Shown here piece after piece: positions 22,838-32,865 of a stretch of 64,000 nt of DNA. Made by a program: the position numbers and the translations under genes. Position 1 is the first letter of the stretch, and every line of letters starts with the position of its first letter. The notes under the pieces were generated by a model. The model searched no databases. It saw only the letters and a program-made list of their open reading frames with translations, and was not told where the DNA came from. Where the stretch lies: the NCBI GenBank assembly GCA_007132715.1, contig SLOE01000084.1:6329-70328 (forward strand), read 5' to 3'. The stretch comes from Bacteroidales bacterium. Lineage in GTDB: Bacteria; Bacteroidota; Bacteroidia; Bacteroidales; PUMT01.

Positions 22838-25165
22838 TTATTTTCCCGAATATCTCAGAGTCCGTTCATCGGCAATCGGTCCATTCCAATCCATTCCAAA
22901 GGCAAAACCGTAACAATTTCCTTCGCTGTCGCAGTAAACTTCCATGTCATGGGGAACGTCCTCAAACTGTTCTTCAACCGTTCGCATATTGGCCGGCAGT
23001 TGAAGGGGCAGAAGACCCCGTGGTGAAAACTTCCCCGAAAGGATATCCATCAGGGCCTGGTCCTGAACGCCGAAATGAACGACAATGGCATCGGCCAGCG
23101 GCTCAATTTCGCTAAAAACGGCCGGGTTAGACATATTCATAACTACTACTACCGGTCGGTCACCCATCTTGTCGCGGGTCTGCCTGACAAGGTCAAGATC
23201 GGTCGTATTGCTTACAGTCACTGTTTTACCCCGGTAGGAACGGTTGGTGAAATTTTCCAGTGGATCGCCCCCGGCTATGCTTTCCTCCCTGGCGTAGGTT
23301 GCGGTATAGGGTTCGTACTGCAAACTCATCGGGATGTAACCGTTCCCGCCCCCACTGAAGTCATCCCTGCTGTACCCGCTTCCCCGGTCAGGACTCTCAA
23401 TAAAAACGAATGCATATTCTGCATGGTCCGGATCAGAAGTGACCCTGAAATAGTTCCCTGCAATCTCAAGACTTACCGGATGCTCATGACGCTCAGGAGT
23501 TGTCATTCCAAACCAGTTCATCCTTGAGGGGATAAAACGCTCGGGTATGTACACACTGGCTTCGTAACCGGCAGGTAGCACGCCTCCCGAATTCTTGAGC
23601 ATTACAACCGATTTTAGCTGTGCATCGTAGCCTGCCTGCATAAATTCAGGATTACCAACGGTCCTGCGTGTTTCTTCCGGATCAACGTAAGGGTTCTCAA
23701 AAAGCCCTGTGCGGAACATGTTAAGCAGCAGCCTTTTTGCAGACTTTTCAAAACGGCTGCGCATTTTGGCCTCGCCCAACCTGGCCACACCCATAAAATA
23801 GGCCTCTATCACCGGACCTGCATCGTTGTTACCCCCGAACTGGTCTACCCCGGCCATTATGGCTTTGTAGTGCCTTTCGGCTTCTGACAGGTCCTCTACT
23901 CCCCAGCCTGCATTACCGAACTGGTCAACCGCCGTGGCGGTACGCGTCACGCCCCAGTCAGTGCAGACCACCCCCGCATATCCGTATCTCTTCCGCAGCA
24001 GGTCGGTAATGATGTACCTGCTATAGGCGTTGCCCACATTCTCTCCATAGACGGTATCCTGTTGCCATGAGATGGTATAGTAAGGCATAACGGCAGATGC
24101 TTGTCCGGTCCCCCCCTCCAGTCTGAAAGCCCCCTCAACAAAAGGCTTAAGCTGCTCTTCGAGGTTATTGCCCGGATAGACCGCATACTTGCCGAAGGCA
24201 TAATGGGCATCCCTTCCGCCCTCTCCTGTGCCCCCGCCGGGCCAGTGCTTCACCATCGCATTCACGCTTTCCCTTCCCCAGCCACTGGAGATGTCGGTCA
24301 GGGTGGACTGGAAGCCGTCTATATATGCCCTGGTCATTTCGGTTACAAGAACAGGGTCCTCACCGAATGTGCCTCTCACACGGCTCCACCGCGGATCGGT
24401 TGCAAGATCGGCCATTGGCGAAAGTGCCGTTGCAAGTCCCAGTGCCCTGTATTCTGTTGAAGCTATCCTGCCGAACTCATATACAATCTCAGGGTCAAAG
24501 GTTGCAGCAAGTCCGAGTGCACCCGGCCACATCGATATATCACCCCCGGCACCGGCATCAAATTCGGCGCTTGCAACTGTGCCATGCCGTGGATCGGAGC
24601 TGTTGTTGGCCGGAATTCCGTGTCCTAAACCTTCAACGAATCCCTGCACCCTGTTGTTCCACCTGGCAGCAATCTCCGGACTCTGTACAAAAGTTACCAG
24701 TATATGCCTGAGATTGTCGTACTTAAGGAAATTCTTCTGCTGGTCGGACAGCTCCCACGGATCGGCACCGCTCTCCTCGAAACTGACCCCCTTAAAGGTA
24801 TTCGCTGCAAACCTCGATGAACGGGCCGGAACGGACTGGTGCCCGCTATACAGCATCAGTCCCGCGATCTCCTGGATACTCAGCCTGGAGGCAAGGTCAC
24901 TGACCCTCTCCTCCGGCGAAAGCCGCCAGTCCTCGTACCTGTCAAGCTTCCCGTTCCTGTTAAGGTCTTTGAAGGCGAACCCGCGGTCGGTGATTATCTC
25001 CACACCCGATAAAGGTGTGTAGGCAATGTCGGTCCCGCCCCTGTTTGTTACCAGTACGTAATTGCCCCTGTCCTGTTCCTCCCATAACTGCTCATAAGTA
25101 CATGAAGCTGCAATAAAAGCCAGGGCAATCAAAACAGGATCTGTGAATATATTTAATCTGCTCAT
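22838..25165 (-). CDS. Glycoside hydrolase family 3 beta-glucosidase/xylosidase, lipoprotein
   Basis: SSDPRH, PRWSR..GTFGED, KHWPGGG, nucleophile VCTDW, AGVDQFGG; lipobox AASC; start likely 25165 or 25177 rather than 25309. Confidence 0.9.
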   Translation of the reverse strand: MSRLNIFTDPVLIALAFIAASCTYEQLWEEQDRGNYVLVTNRGGTDIAYTPLSGVEIITDRGFAFKDLNRNGKLDRYEDWRLSPEERVSDLASRLSIQEIAGLMLYSGHQSVPARSSRFAANTFKGVSFEESGADPWELSDQQKNFLKYDNLRHILVTFVQSPEIAARWNNRVQGFVEGLGHGIPANNSSDPRHGTVASAEFDAGAGGDISMWPGALGLAATFDPEIVYEFGRIASTEYRALGLATALSPMADLATDPRWSRVRGTFGEDPVLVTEMTRAYIDGFQSTLTDISSGWGRESVNAMVKHWPGGGTGEGGRDAHYAFGKYAVYPGNNLEEQLKPFVEGAFRLEGGTGQASAVMPYYTISWQQDTVYGENVGNAYSRYIITDLLRKRYGYAGVVCTDWGVTRTATAVDQFGNAGWGVEDLSEAERHYKAIMAGVDQFGGNNDAGPVIEAYFMGVARLGEAKMRSRFEKSAKRLLLNMFRTGLFENPYVDPEETRRTVGNPEFMQAGYDAQLKSVVMLKNSGGVLPAGYEASVYIPERFIPSRMNWFGMTTPERHEHPVSLEIAGNYFRVTSDPDHAEYAFVFIESPDRGSGYSRDDFSGGGNGYIPMSLQYEPYTATYAREESIAGGDPLENFTNRSYRGKTVTVSNTTDLDLVRQTRDKMGDRPVVVVMNMSNPAVFSEIEPLADAIVVHFGVQDQALMDILSGKFSPRGLLPLQLPANMRTVEEQFEDVPHDMEVYCDSEGNCYGFAFGMDWNGPIADERTLRYSGK

Positions 25166-25296
25166 AGATAGCTGCATGACCCTTCTGTTGGTTCTGGTAA
25201 AGGATTCCCGGTAAAAATACCAATTATCAGCCGTCATTTGCAAAAGCTTAACAATACTTAACATCTCCTCATAAAAGCCATATTGACAAACGATAA

Positions 25297-25327
25297 TTGA
25301 ATCTTGCATAAAAATTTATTACTTTTG
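25297..25327 (+). promoter_or_regulatory. Primary-sigma promoter of the EF-G paralog
   Basis: TTG(25297-25299)-N20-TACTTTTG(25320-25327). Confidence 0.6.
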
Positions 25328-25423
25328 GGGTCCCGCTTGCAACCTGCAGGTCATTTGTCATTACAGATCAGTATATTAACACAGAAAAAGCATTATATAA
25401 TCCAATTAAACAACACGATAGAT

Positions 25424-27580
25424 ATGAAAACATACCAGACCGACCAGATAAGGAACATAGTGGTTTGCGGAAATCCCAAATCAGGAAAAACAACTCTGGT
25501 GGAGGCCATGCTTTTTGAAGGAGGGGTAATTGACAGGAGAGGCTCGGTTGAAAGCAGGAATACTGTCTCAGACTACAACGAGATTGAGCACGAGAACGAG
25601 AACTCGGTATTTGCAACAGTATTATATACCGAGTATGCCGAAAAGAAGATCAATATTATTGATACTCCAGGTCTTGACGACTTCAGCGGGGGATTGATAA
25701 CGGCACTGCGACCGGCAGATTCTGCCCTGATGCTGATCAATGGGCAGCATGGTGTTGAAATAGGTACCGAAATACAGGGCAGGCATCTCGAATCACATGA
25801 AAAACCGGCCATCCTGGCAGTAAACCAACTCGACCATGATAAGGCCAATTTCGAAAAAGTTGTCGAGTCGCTCAAACAGAGTTATGGCAGCAAGGCGGTA
25901 ATAGTGCAGTACCCTGTCAGCACAGGCGAAGGGTTCAACTCGGTTATCGATATTGTTAAGATGAAGATGTACAAGTATCCGGCCGACGGCGGCAGTCCTG
26001 AGGTGTCTGATATTCCGGGCGACCATGCAGACCGTGCCGAAGAACTACGCAACGAGCTCATCGAGGCTGCCGCAGAGAATGACGAGAGCCTGATGGAGAC
26101 CTTCTTCGACAAGGGGACACTTGACGAGCAGGAGATGCTCAGCGGCATAAAGCTGGGGATCATCTCAAGGAACATGTTCCCTGTTCTCTGCATATCGGCA
26201 AAAAAGAACATGGGTGTCGGCAGTCTTCTTGAATTCATTGCCAACGCTGCTCCCGGCCCGCACGAAGCAGCATCAGCCGTAACCAAAGATGACGACGAGG
26301 TGAAATGTGACTCCTCCGGGCCTGCTTCGGTATTCGTGTTCAAGACAAGCCTTGAGCAGCACATTGGTGAGATCAACTTCTTCAAGGTCATGTCGGGCGA
26401 GATCGCCGAAAGCATTGACCTTGTCAATACCAACACCTCGGCCAAGGAGAGGTTCTCCCAGTTGCTTGTTGTTGCAGGCAAGACCCGCAACAAGGTGAGC
26501 AAGCTGGTTGCCGGCGATATCGGTGCAACAGTAAAGCTGAAAAATACAAAGGCAAACCATACCCTTACCGCTCCCGGCAAATCGTTCGAATTTGAGCCTA
26601 TCGTATACCCCGAGCCCAAATTCCGCACTGCCATCAAGGCAAAGAGCGAATCGGACGACGAAAAGCTGGGCGAAGCCCTTTCAAGGATGCACGACGAGGA
26701 TCCCACCATCGTGATTGAGTACTCAAAGGAGCTGAAACAGATCATTGTGTACGGACAGGGCGAGTACCACCTTAACATCCTTAAGTGGCATCTCGACAAT
26801 ATATTCAAGATAGAGACCGATTTCATTACCCCGAAGATCCCCTACCGCGAAACCATAACCAGGACCGCTCAGGCTACCTACCGCCACAAGAAACAGTCGG
26901 GCGGAGCCGGACAGTTCGGCGAGGTGCATATGGTGATCGAGCCCCATGCCGAGGATATGCCTGATCCTGCTAAGTACAAGGTTGACGGTAAGGAGATAAA
27001 CGTTTCTGTGAGGGGCAAGGAGGAGCACAAGCTTCAGTGGGGAGGCATGCTGATCTATTTCAACTGCATCGTGGGCGGTTCGATCGATGCCCGCTTCATG
27101 CCCGCCATACTCAAGGGAATTATGGAAAAGATGGAGGAGGGGCCGCTCACGGGATCATATGCCCGTGATATCAGGGTGGCCGTTTACGACGGCAAGATGC
27201 ACCCGGTCGACTCCAACGAGATATCCTTCAAGCTGGCTGGCCGTAATGCCTTCAGGGAGGCCTTCAAAAATGCGGGTCCCCGCATCCTTGAGCCCATCTA
27301 CGATGTTGAGGTGCTGGTTCCCTCAGAGAGGATGGGTGATGTGATGAGCGACCTCCAGGGCCGCCGTGCCATGATCGAGGGTATGACCAGCGAGAAGGGC
27401 TTCGAAAAGATCAAGGCCAGGGTGCCCCTGGCCGAGATGGCCAAATACTCGACGGCTCTGAGCTCGCTTACCAACGGCCGCGCCACCTACACAATGAAGA
27501 TGGCCAAATACGAGGCCGTACCGGGTGATCTGCAGGAGAAGCTGCTGAAAGCCTATGAGGCTGAGCAGGAGGAAGAATAG
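25424..27580 (+). CDS. fusA2: Elongation factor G paralog, EF-G2 type (degenerate GTPase motifs, domain IV insertion)
   Basis: Full EF-G architecture (GQGEYHL, YRETI, HKKQSGGAGQFG, DGKMHPVDSNE, ILEPI) with GNPKSGKTT, DTPGLDDF and NQLD; start MKTYQ at 25424. Confidence 0.9.
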   Translation: MKTYQTDQIRNIVVCGNPKSGKTTLVEAMLFEGGVIDRRGSVESRNTVSDYNEIEHENENSVFATVLYTEYAEKKINIIDTPGLDDFSGGLITALRPADSALMLINGQHGVEIGTEIQGRHLESHEKPAILAVNQLDHDKANFEKVVESLKQSYGSKAVIVQYPVSTGEGFNSVIDIVKMKMYKYPADGGSPEVSDIPGDHADRAEELRNELIEAAAENDESLMETFFDKGTLDEQEMLSGIKLGIISRNMFPVLCISAKKNMGVGSLLEFIANAAPGPHEAASAVTKDDDEVKCDSSGPASVFVFKTSLEQHIGEINFFKVMSGEIAESIDLVNTNTSAKERFSQLLVVAGKTRNKVSKLVAGDIGATVKLKNTKANHTLTAPGKSFEFEPIVYPEPKFRTAIKAKSESDDEKLGEALSRMHDEDPTIVIEYSKELKQIIVYGQGEYHLNILKWHLDNIFKIETDFITPKIPYRETITRTAQATYRHKKQSGGAGQFGEVHMVIEPHAEDMPDPAKYKVDGKEINVSVRGKEEHKLQWGGMLIYFNCIVGGSIDARFMPAILKGIMEKMEEGPLTGSYARDIRVAVYDGKMHPVDSNEISFKLAGRNAFREAFKNAGPRILEPIYDVEVLVPSERMGDVMSDLQGRRAMIEGMTSEKGFEKIKARVPLAEMAKYSTALSSLTNGRATYTMKMAKYEAVPGDLQEKLLKAYEAEQEEE

Positions 27581-27582
27581 TA

Positions 27583-28692
27583 TCATCGGGGGTGGGATTT
27601 CCCCCCGGAAACGGGATCAGGGCTTTTTCCCTCCGGGTCGAGCAGGACCCTGGCCTTTGGCAGGCACTGCGGGTACTTCTCCTGCATGAAAGCAAGCAGT
27701 TTTTCACGTACCTGCACCCTCAGGTCCCATGCCGTGGGCGAATCGGCGGCACTGACCAGTGCCCTGATCTCAACCGTCCTTTCGGTTGCATTGGTCACCT
27801 GTACCACCTTAACCTTGCCGTCCCACAGGGGGTTCCCTTCCAGAATTCTGTCCAGTTCATCCCTCACGGCATCGACAGGCAGGGTATAGTCGGCATAGAT
27901 AAAAACCGTACCCATTATCTCGGCCGTTGTACGTGTCCAGTTCTGAAAAGGTGTTTCAATGAAATAGGTTGTCGGTAAAACCAGCCGGCGCTTATCCCAT
28001 ATTGCCACCACAACATAGGTGAGGTTGATCTCCTCGATCCTTCCCCACTCGTTCTCTACGATAACCACATCGTCAAGCCTGATGGGCTGGCTGATGGCTA
28101 TCTGTATCCCCGCAAGGATTGTCCCTATGGCCCTTTGAGCCGCAAAACCAATAATTATACCGGCCACACCGGCCGATGCTATAAGGCTGACACCTATCTT
28201 CCTTATACCGTCGAAAGACATCAGCACCAGAGAGACTCCCACCAGCACAATCAGGAAGATCACGATATTCTCGAGAACCCTGAACTGGGTGTAGATCTTC
28301 CTTGCCTGCAGGTTATCCTTCTCCTCAAGATCAAACCTGCGCAGCAGGAAAAACTTTATAAGGTGCACCGACTGGATCAGTATCCAGCACACAAAAACGA
28401 TAACCATTACCGAGGTAAGGTGACTTATTGCTCCCTGGTGCCTTAACTGATGCTCAAAAAAGGAAAGTGGCATTACAAGGGAAAGGAAAACCGATAACAG
28501 CACAAAGGGTACTTTGAGCTTCTTTTTTAAACGCCTGACGAATTCCAGGCTCTCTTCCCCTGCCCACATGCCTGCAACCCTGCCCAGTACGAATACAAGC
28601 ACCAGCAGCACCGCAAATACCACCAGTACACTCAACAGGTATTGAACAATAAACAGATTATCTCCGCTTATACCGCTGATAAGTGCATCCAT
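27583..28692 (-). CDS. mscS: Small-conductance mechanosensitive channel family protein
   Basis: SLIASAGVAGIIIGFAAQ, QPIRLDDVV, GRIEEINLTY, NWTR. Confidence 0.9.
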   Translation of the reverse strand: MDALISGISGDNLFIVQYLLSVLVVFAVLLVLVFVLGRVAGMWAGEESLEFVRRLKKKLKVPFVLLSVFLSLVMPLSFFEHQLRHQGAISHLTSVMVIVFVCWILIQSVHLIKFFLLRRFDLEEKDNLQARKIYTQFRVLENIVIFLIVLVGVSLVLMSFDGIRKIGVSLIASAGVAGIIIGFAAQRAIGTILAGIQIAISQPIRLDDVVIVENEWGRIEEINLTYVVVAIWDKRRLVLPTTYFIETPFQNWTRTTAEIMGTVFIYADYTLPVDAVRDELDRILEGNPLWDGKVKVVQVTNATERTVEIRALVSAADSPTAWDLRVQVREKLLAFMQEKYPQCLPKARVLLDPEGKSPDPVSGGKSHPR

Positions 28693-28723
28693 AATAATTA
28701 ATTTTATGTTCAGCCAACAAAAG

Positions 28724-28731
28724 CAAAGTTA
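28724..28731 (-). promoter_or_regulatory. -7 promoter element of mscS
   Basis: TAACTTTG about 30 nt upstream of the start. Confidence 0.5.
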
Positions 28732-28867
28732 ATTACAATCAGCGGCAATGCAAAAACGGGAGACGTCATAATGCCGCCTACAGATACACCAGGGTATCAC
28801 TACCGATCCACCTGATGGGAAGCCGGGTTAACCGGCATAAAAACAGGAAAGCTGCAAATGCAGTTCA

Positions 28868-30109
28868 CTACCTGGTCCTGAAGAGGTAAAGGGGGCCGGT
28901 GAATTCGTACTCTATATCGTCCCAGCCCTCACCGGTAATTATATAGAAATAAACCCCCGGCGATGCCGGGGTGCCGTCTATCTGGCCATCCCATCCTTCC
29001 TCCGGGTCGGTCCACTCAAATACCTTCCTTCCGTTCCGGTTATATACAATAGCCCGGAATTCACGAAGTGAAACCGCCATCACCCTGAAAAACTCATGAG
29101 AGGCGCCCGGGCCGACCGAAAAGACATTGGGCACCTCAAGTTCTGAGGGCAGGACCCTGACAGGATCGGGGAGAATAAAAAGGTCCTCGCAGAAAAACTC
29201 CGAGACGGTCCTGAGCCCGACCTGGTATTCGCCGGGAATATAATACGTATGGACGGGGGCCTCAGTACGGTACTCAGGAACATCCAGGTCTGTTGTATCG
29301 GGATGGTAAAACATGTACCAGTTGTATTCAGCAGCATTGAGTGAAGCACTGGCATCAAAGGTCACCTCCAGGGGGGCTTCTCCCTCTTCCGGGTCAACCG
29401 TAAACTCAGCTTTCGTGGTGACAGGCTCTTCGGTGACCGTGTAACTCGACCTGCACTCGTAATAACTGATCTCGAAGGTGTAATCGGTGGTCACGGGAGG
29501 AGGGTTCCAGACCCTGGTCTGCGGCGTGTTGCTAACAGGGACAAACGGATCGGCGGTCCACACCGGGGTGAATTCGCCCGGCAGTTCATATCTCTCGCCT
29601 GTAACAGGATCATAGTAGCGGAAGGTATCTATCTCAACCGTACCGAACAGGTCAAGTGCCTCGCACCTGCTTACTGTTGCCTCTTCATCTACTCCCGCGA
29701 GCGGACTGTTTACAAAGACCCAGGCCCTGAAAACGGTGTCAATATCCTCTCCATCGGATATCCTTACCCGGTAGCCCCCGCTTTCAAGGTTCTCAGCCGT
29801 TGAGGAGCCGCCACTGTCAGATCTGAACGGGGCGCCATACTCCCCGGTAAGCGAATCATACCTTGACCAATCAAACCCGAGCTGCGACCCGGCACCGGGA
29901 AGCGAAGCAGACAGACTGCCATTCTGGTTGCAGAAAACATATATATTGTCCTTTAATACAGTATCCGGATATTCAACATCATATCCGCCAACTACAATAG
30001 TTGAGTAACCAGACGAGGTTATCTGGGCACCAACGTAGAGTATCCCTGCCGGGAATACCAAAAGCAGGCACAAAACAAATTTCAGCCACGGCAGGCGGAT
30101 TTCAGTCAT
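28868..30109 (-). CDS. Secreted PKD-domain protein with gliding-motility-associated (T9SS type B) C-terminal domain
   Basis: Signal peptide (VGA|Q); PKD-like EGEAPLEVTF...PVHTY..PGEY; CTD LEVPNVF...VYNRNGRKVF...GWDG...GVYFYII. Confidence 0.8.
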   Translation of the reverse strand: MTEIRLPWLKFVLCLLLVFPAGILYVGAQITSSGYSTIVVGGYDVEYPDTVLKDNIYVFCNQNGSLSASLPGAGSQLGFDWSRYDSLTGEYGAPFRSDSGGSSTAENLESGGYRVRISDGEDIDTVFRAWVFVNSPLAGVDEEATVSRCEALDLFGTVEIDTFRYYDPVTGERYELPGEFTPVWTADPFVPVSNTPQTRVWNPPPVTTDYTFEISYYECRSSYTVTEEPVTTKAEFTVDPEEGEAPLEVTFDASASLNAAEYNWYMFYHPDTTDLDVPEYRTEAPVHTYYIPGEYQVGLRTVSEFFCEDLFILPDPVRVLPSELEVPNVFSVGPGASHEFFRVMAVSLREFRAIVYNRNGRKVFEWTDPEEGWDGQIDGTPASPGVYFYIITGEGWDDIEYEFTGPLYLFRTR

Positions 30110-30311
30110 ACTGTCTCACTGTTTCGTCGCTACAGCAGTTCGGCTTTAATTAAACTGACTGTCGGGCATCTATATTATATTATAAGTCCCCAAAAATATC
30201 AATTCTTTCGTAAACCTCAATATGTTGATAAATGAACGACGCCTTAGTTGGAGATAATAAACCAACAGGGTAATTTTACAGTTTTTTAATCCCAAAAAAT
30301 AGACCAGTCCG

Positions 30312-32747
30312 GTGACAGATTTTCTGAATGACCTTAATAAAGCCCAGAAAGAGGCCGTAACCGATACCGAGGGCCCGGCACTCATCATTGCCGGTGCTGG
30401 ATCGGGCAAGACCCGGGTCCTGACATACAGAATTGCATGGCTTCTCAGCAGGGGTGTGCCGGCACATTCTATCCTTGCACTTACATTTACCAATAAGGCG
30501 GCCGCCGAGATGAAGGAACGCATAGCAAACCTTGTCGGGGCCGGTAACGCCAAATACCTGTGGATGGGGACATTCCATTCTGTGTTTGCCAGAATACTGC
30601 GAGCAGAAGCAAAGCACACCGGCTATTCCTCAAATTTCACCATCTACGACACACAGGATTCACGCAACGTAATTAAATCAATCATCAGAGATATGGTTCT
30701 TGACGAGCAGACCTACAAGCCCAACGAGGTGTACGGCAGAATATCGTTTGCCAAGAACAACCTGGTAACACCGCAGGCCTATGCCTCAAATGCGTCACTC
30801 ACGGCAGAGGACAGCCGGAGCCGCAAGCCGATGATCGCAGAGATCTACAAAAGATACCAGCAAAGGTGCCGCACCGCCGATGCAATGGATTTCGACGATC
30901 TGCTGCTGAACACCAATATCCTTTTCAGAGACAACCCTGAAGTGCTCGAAAAGTACAGTAACGCCTTCCGGTACATTCTGGTGGACGAATACCAGGACAC
31001 GAACTTTGCCCAGTACCTTATAGTTGCCAAACTTGCCTCGGGTCACGGGAATCTTGCAGTTGTGGGCGATGATGCACAAAGTATCTATTCATTCAGGGGT
31101 GCCCGCATTGAGAATATACTCAATTTCAAGAAAGATTACCCCGGTTACAAACTGTTCAAGCTTGAGCAGAACTATCGCTCTACAAAAACGATAGTGGAGG
31201 CTGCCAACAGCCTGATATCAAAAAACCGTAACCAGATCACCAAGAAGGTATGGTCGGCAAATGCAGACGGTGAAAAGATAAAGGTGGCAGGATGTGCCAC
31301 AGATCATGAAGAGGGAGCTCTTGCTGCACGGCTCATTGAAGAAAAATCGGCCTCAGGTGACTGCGTATACAGCGATTTCGCCATCCTGTACCGTACAAAT
31401 GCACAGTCGAGGATATTTGAAGAGACCCTTCGCCGCAGGGGTATCCCCTACAAAGTCTATGGAAGCCTCTCGTTCTACCAGCGCAAGGAGATAAAGGACC
31501 TGCTGGCATATTTCAGGCTTACTGTAAACAAGCGCGACATTGAAGCTTTCTACAGGATAGTAAACTACCCGGCAAGGGGAATTGGCAGGACCACCACCGA
31601 CAGGCTCAACAGGTACTGCAATGAAAACGGGCTTATCCCCTGGGATGTTACAGGCAATCCCGGCCCGCATTCCTTAGCCCTGGGGTATAACCGGGGCACC
31701 CTGGCAAGACTTGCCTCATTCAGTTCAATGATAAACGGGTTTACCCGGATTGCCGGATCGGCCGATGCATGGCAGGCTGCCCGTGAGATTGCCTCCTCAT
31801 CGGGTATCCTGAAGGATCTTTTTGATCCTAAATCACCTGAAAACATTGCCAAATACGAAAACATCCAGGAACTTCTGAACGGGGTCAGGGAATTTACCGA
31901 ACAGCAGATGGCAGAGGGTCAGGATGCATCACTGGCAGCCTTCCTGCAAAACGTGTCGCTGCTGACCGACCAGGATACCGAAAAACCCGACGACCGTAAC
32001 AAGGTGACCCTGATGACGGTGCATTCTGCCAAGGGGCTGGAGTTCAGGCATGTATTTGTAGGCGGACTTGAGGAGGAGCTCTTCCCGAACCATTTTTCCA
32101 GCTCATCGCCGGCGGGACTGGAAGAGGAACGCAGACTCTTTTATGTCGCGCTTACAAGGGCAGGAGCCACTGCTACCCTATCCCACTCACAAACACGTTA
32201 CCGCTGGGGAATGCCAGTAATGTGCAGGCCAAGCAGGTTCTTATCTGAAATAGACAGCCGTTTTCTGGAATATCCTGACGGCTTTTCAGGGAACAACACA
32301 GATACCGGCACTGAAAGGGTCCGGGTACCCGGTAATACCCGGCAGAAACTCAGCACCCGTAAGCCCGGTGAACAAACCCCGGCGGGGAATGCTCCTCTGA
32401 AAAACCCGATGAGAAGATTGCGCAGGATCCGGCCCGATGAGGCAGAAGCCGGAAGCAGCAAGGCAACGGGAGGTCACGATGGCAACCATCAGGAACCGCT
32501 TCCATTGCACGGACCTTCAGACAGCCATCTGCCGGTTGGCGGCAACGAAGTTACCCGGGAAACCGCAAATACCGGTCAAACGGATTTCCGTCCCGGAATG
32601 ACCGTCGAACATACCCGCTTCGGGAAAGGAAGGATAACGGCTCTCGAGGGCCATCCTCCCAATGTCAGGGCAACGGTCAGTTTTGAGGGAGCCGGGCAAA
32701 AGCAACTCCTGCTCAAATTTGCAAAACTCAGGATTATCTCCGGCTGA
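30312..32747 (+). CDS. uvrD: ATP-dependent DNA helicase UvrD/PcrA
   Basis: AGAGSGKT, TFTNKAA, VDEYQDTN, GDDAQSIY, QNYRST, LMTVHSAKGLEF, EEERRLFYVA; C-terminal Tudor-like H.RFG.G. Confidence 0.97.
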   Translation: MTDFLNDLNKAQKEAVTDTEGPALIIAGAGSGKTRVLTYRIAWLLSRGVPAHSILALTFTNKAAAEMKERIANLVGAGNAKYLWMGTFHSVFARILRAEAKHTGYSSNFTIYDTQDSRNVIKSIIRDMVLDEQTYKPNEVYGRISFAKNNLVTPQAYASNASLTAEDSRSRKPMIAEIYKRYQQRCRTADAMDFDDLLLNTNILFRDNPEVLEKYSNAFRYILVDEYQDTNFAQYLIVAKLASGHGNLAVVGDDAQSIYSFRGARIENILNFKKDYPGYKLFKLEQNYRSTKTIVEAANSLISKNRNQITKKVWSANADGEKIKVAGCATDHEEGALAARLIEEKSASGDCVYSDFAILYRTNAQSRIFEETLRRRGIPYKVYGSLSFYQRKEIKDLLAYFRLTVNKRDIEAFYRIVNYPARGIGRTTTDRLNRYCNENGLIPWDVTGNPGPHSLALGYNRGTLARLASFSSMINGFTRIAGSADAWQAAREIASSSGILKDLFDPKSPENIAKYENIQELLNGVREFTEQQMAEGQDASLAAFLQNVSLLTDQDTEKPDDRNKVTLMTVHSAKGLEFRHVFVGGLEEELFPNHFSSSSPAGLEEERRLFYVALTRAGATATLSHSQTRYRWGMPVMCRPSRFLSEIDSRFLEYPDGFSGNNTDTGTERVRVPGNTRQKLSTRKPGEQTPAGNAPLKNPMRRLRRIRPDEAEAGSSKATGGHDGNHQEPLPLHGPSDSHLPVGGNEVTRETANTGQTDFRPGMTVEHTRFGKGRITALEGHPPNVRATVSFEGAGQKQLLLKFAKLRIISG

Positions 32748-32836
32748 CAGGTCACAGGCCGATACCGGCAACACTCCCGATCATTCCCAAAAACATAAAT
32801 TAACTGCTAAATACCTTTTTTTCACCGGATATTTAG

Positions 32837-32844
32837 TAATTTTG
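32837..32844 (+). promoter_or_regulatory. -7 promoter element for DUF4290-murA
   Basis: TAATTTTG 22 nt upstream of the ATG. Confidence 0.55.
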
Positions 32845-32865
32845 CAGAACAATCATCTTTAAACA

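Noticed and set aside
25166-25423. ORF-track N-terminal extensions making GH3 and EF-G2 overlap
   Set aside because: A lipoprotein signal, homology start points and a promoter favour the downstream ATGs (25165 and 25424).
25882-26826. 314-aa antisense ORF (also 24228-25022, 42685-43374, 47507-48229, 49365-50090, 56456-57142)
   Set aside because: Shadows of well-supported genes; Ser/Pro-rich with no motifs.
30225-30233. Single TTATCAACA box (minus strand) upstream of uvrD
   Set aside because: An isolated 9-mer in AT-rich DNA; could be chance.
32280-32580. Low-complexity linker in UvrD as an insertion element or intein
   Set aside because: In-frame disordered linker before the normal C-terminal domain; no intein motifs.
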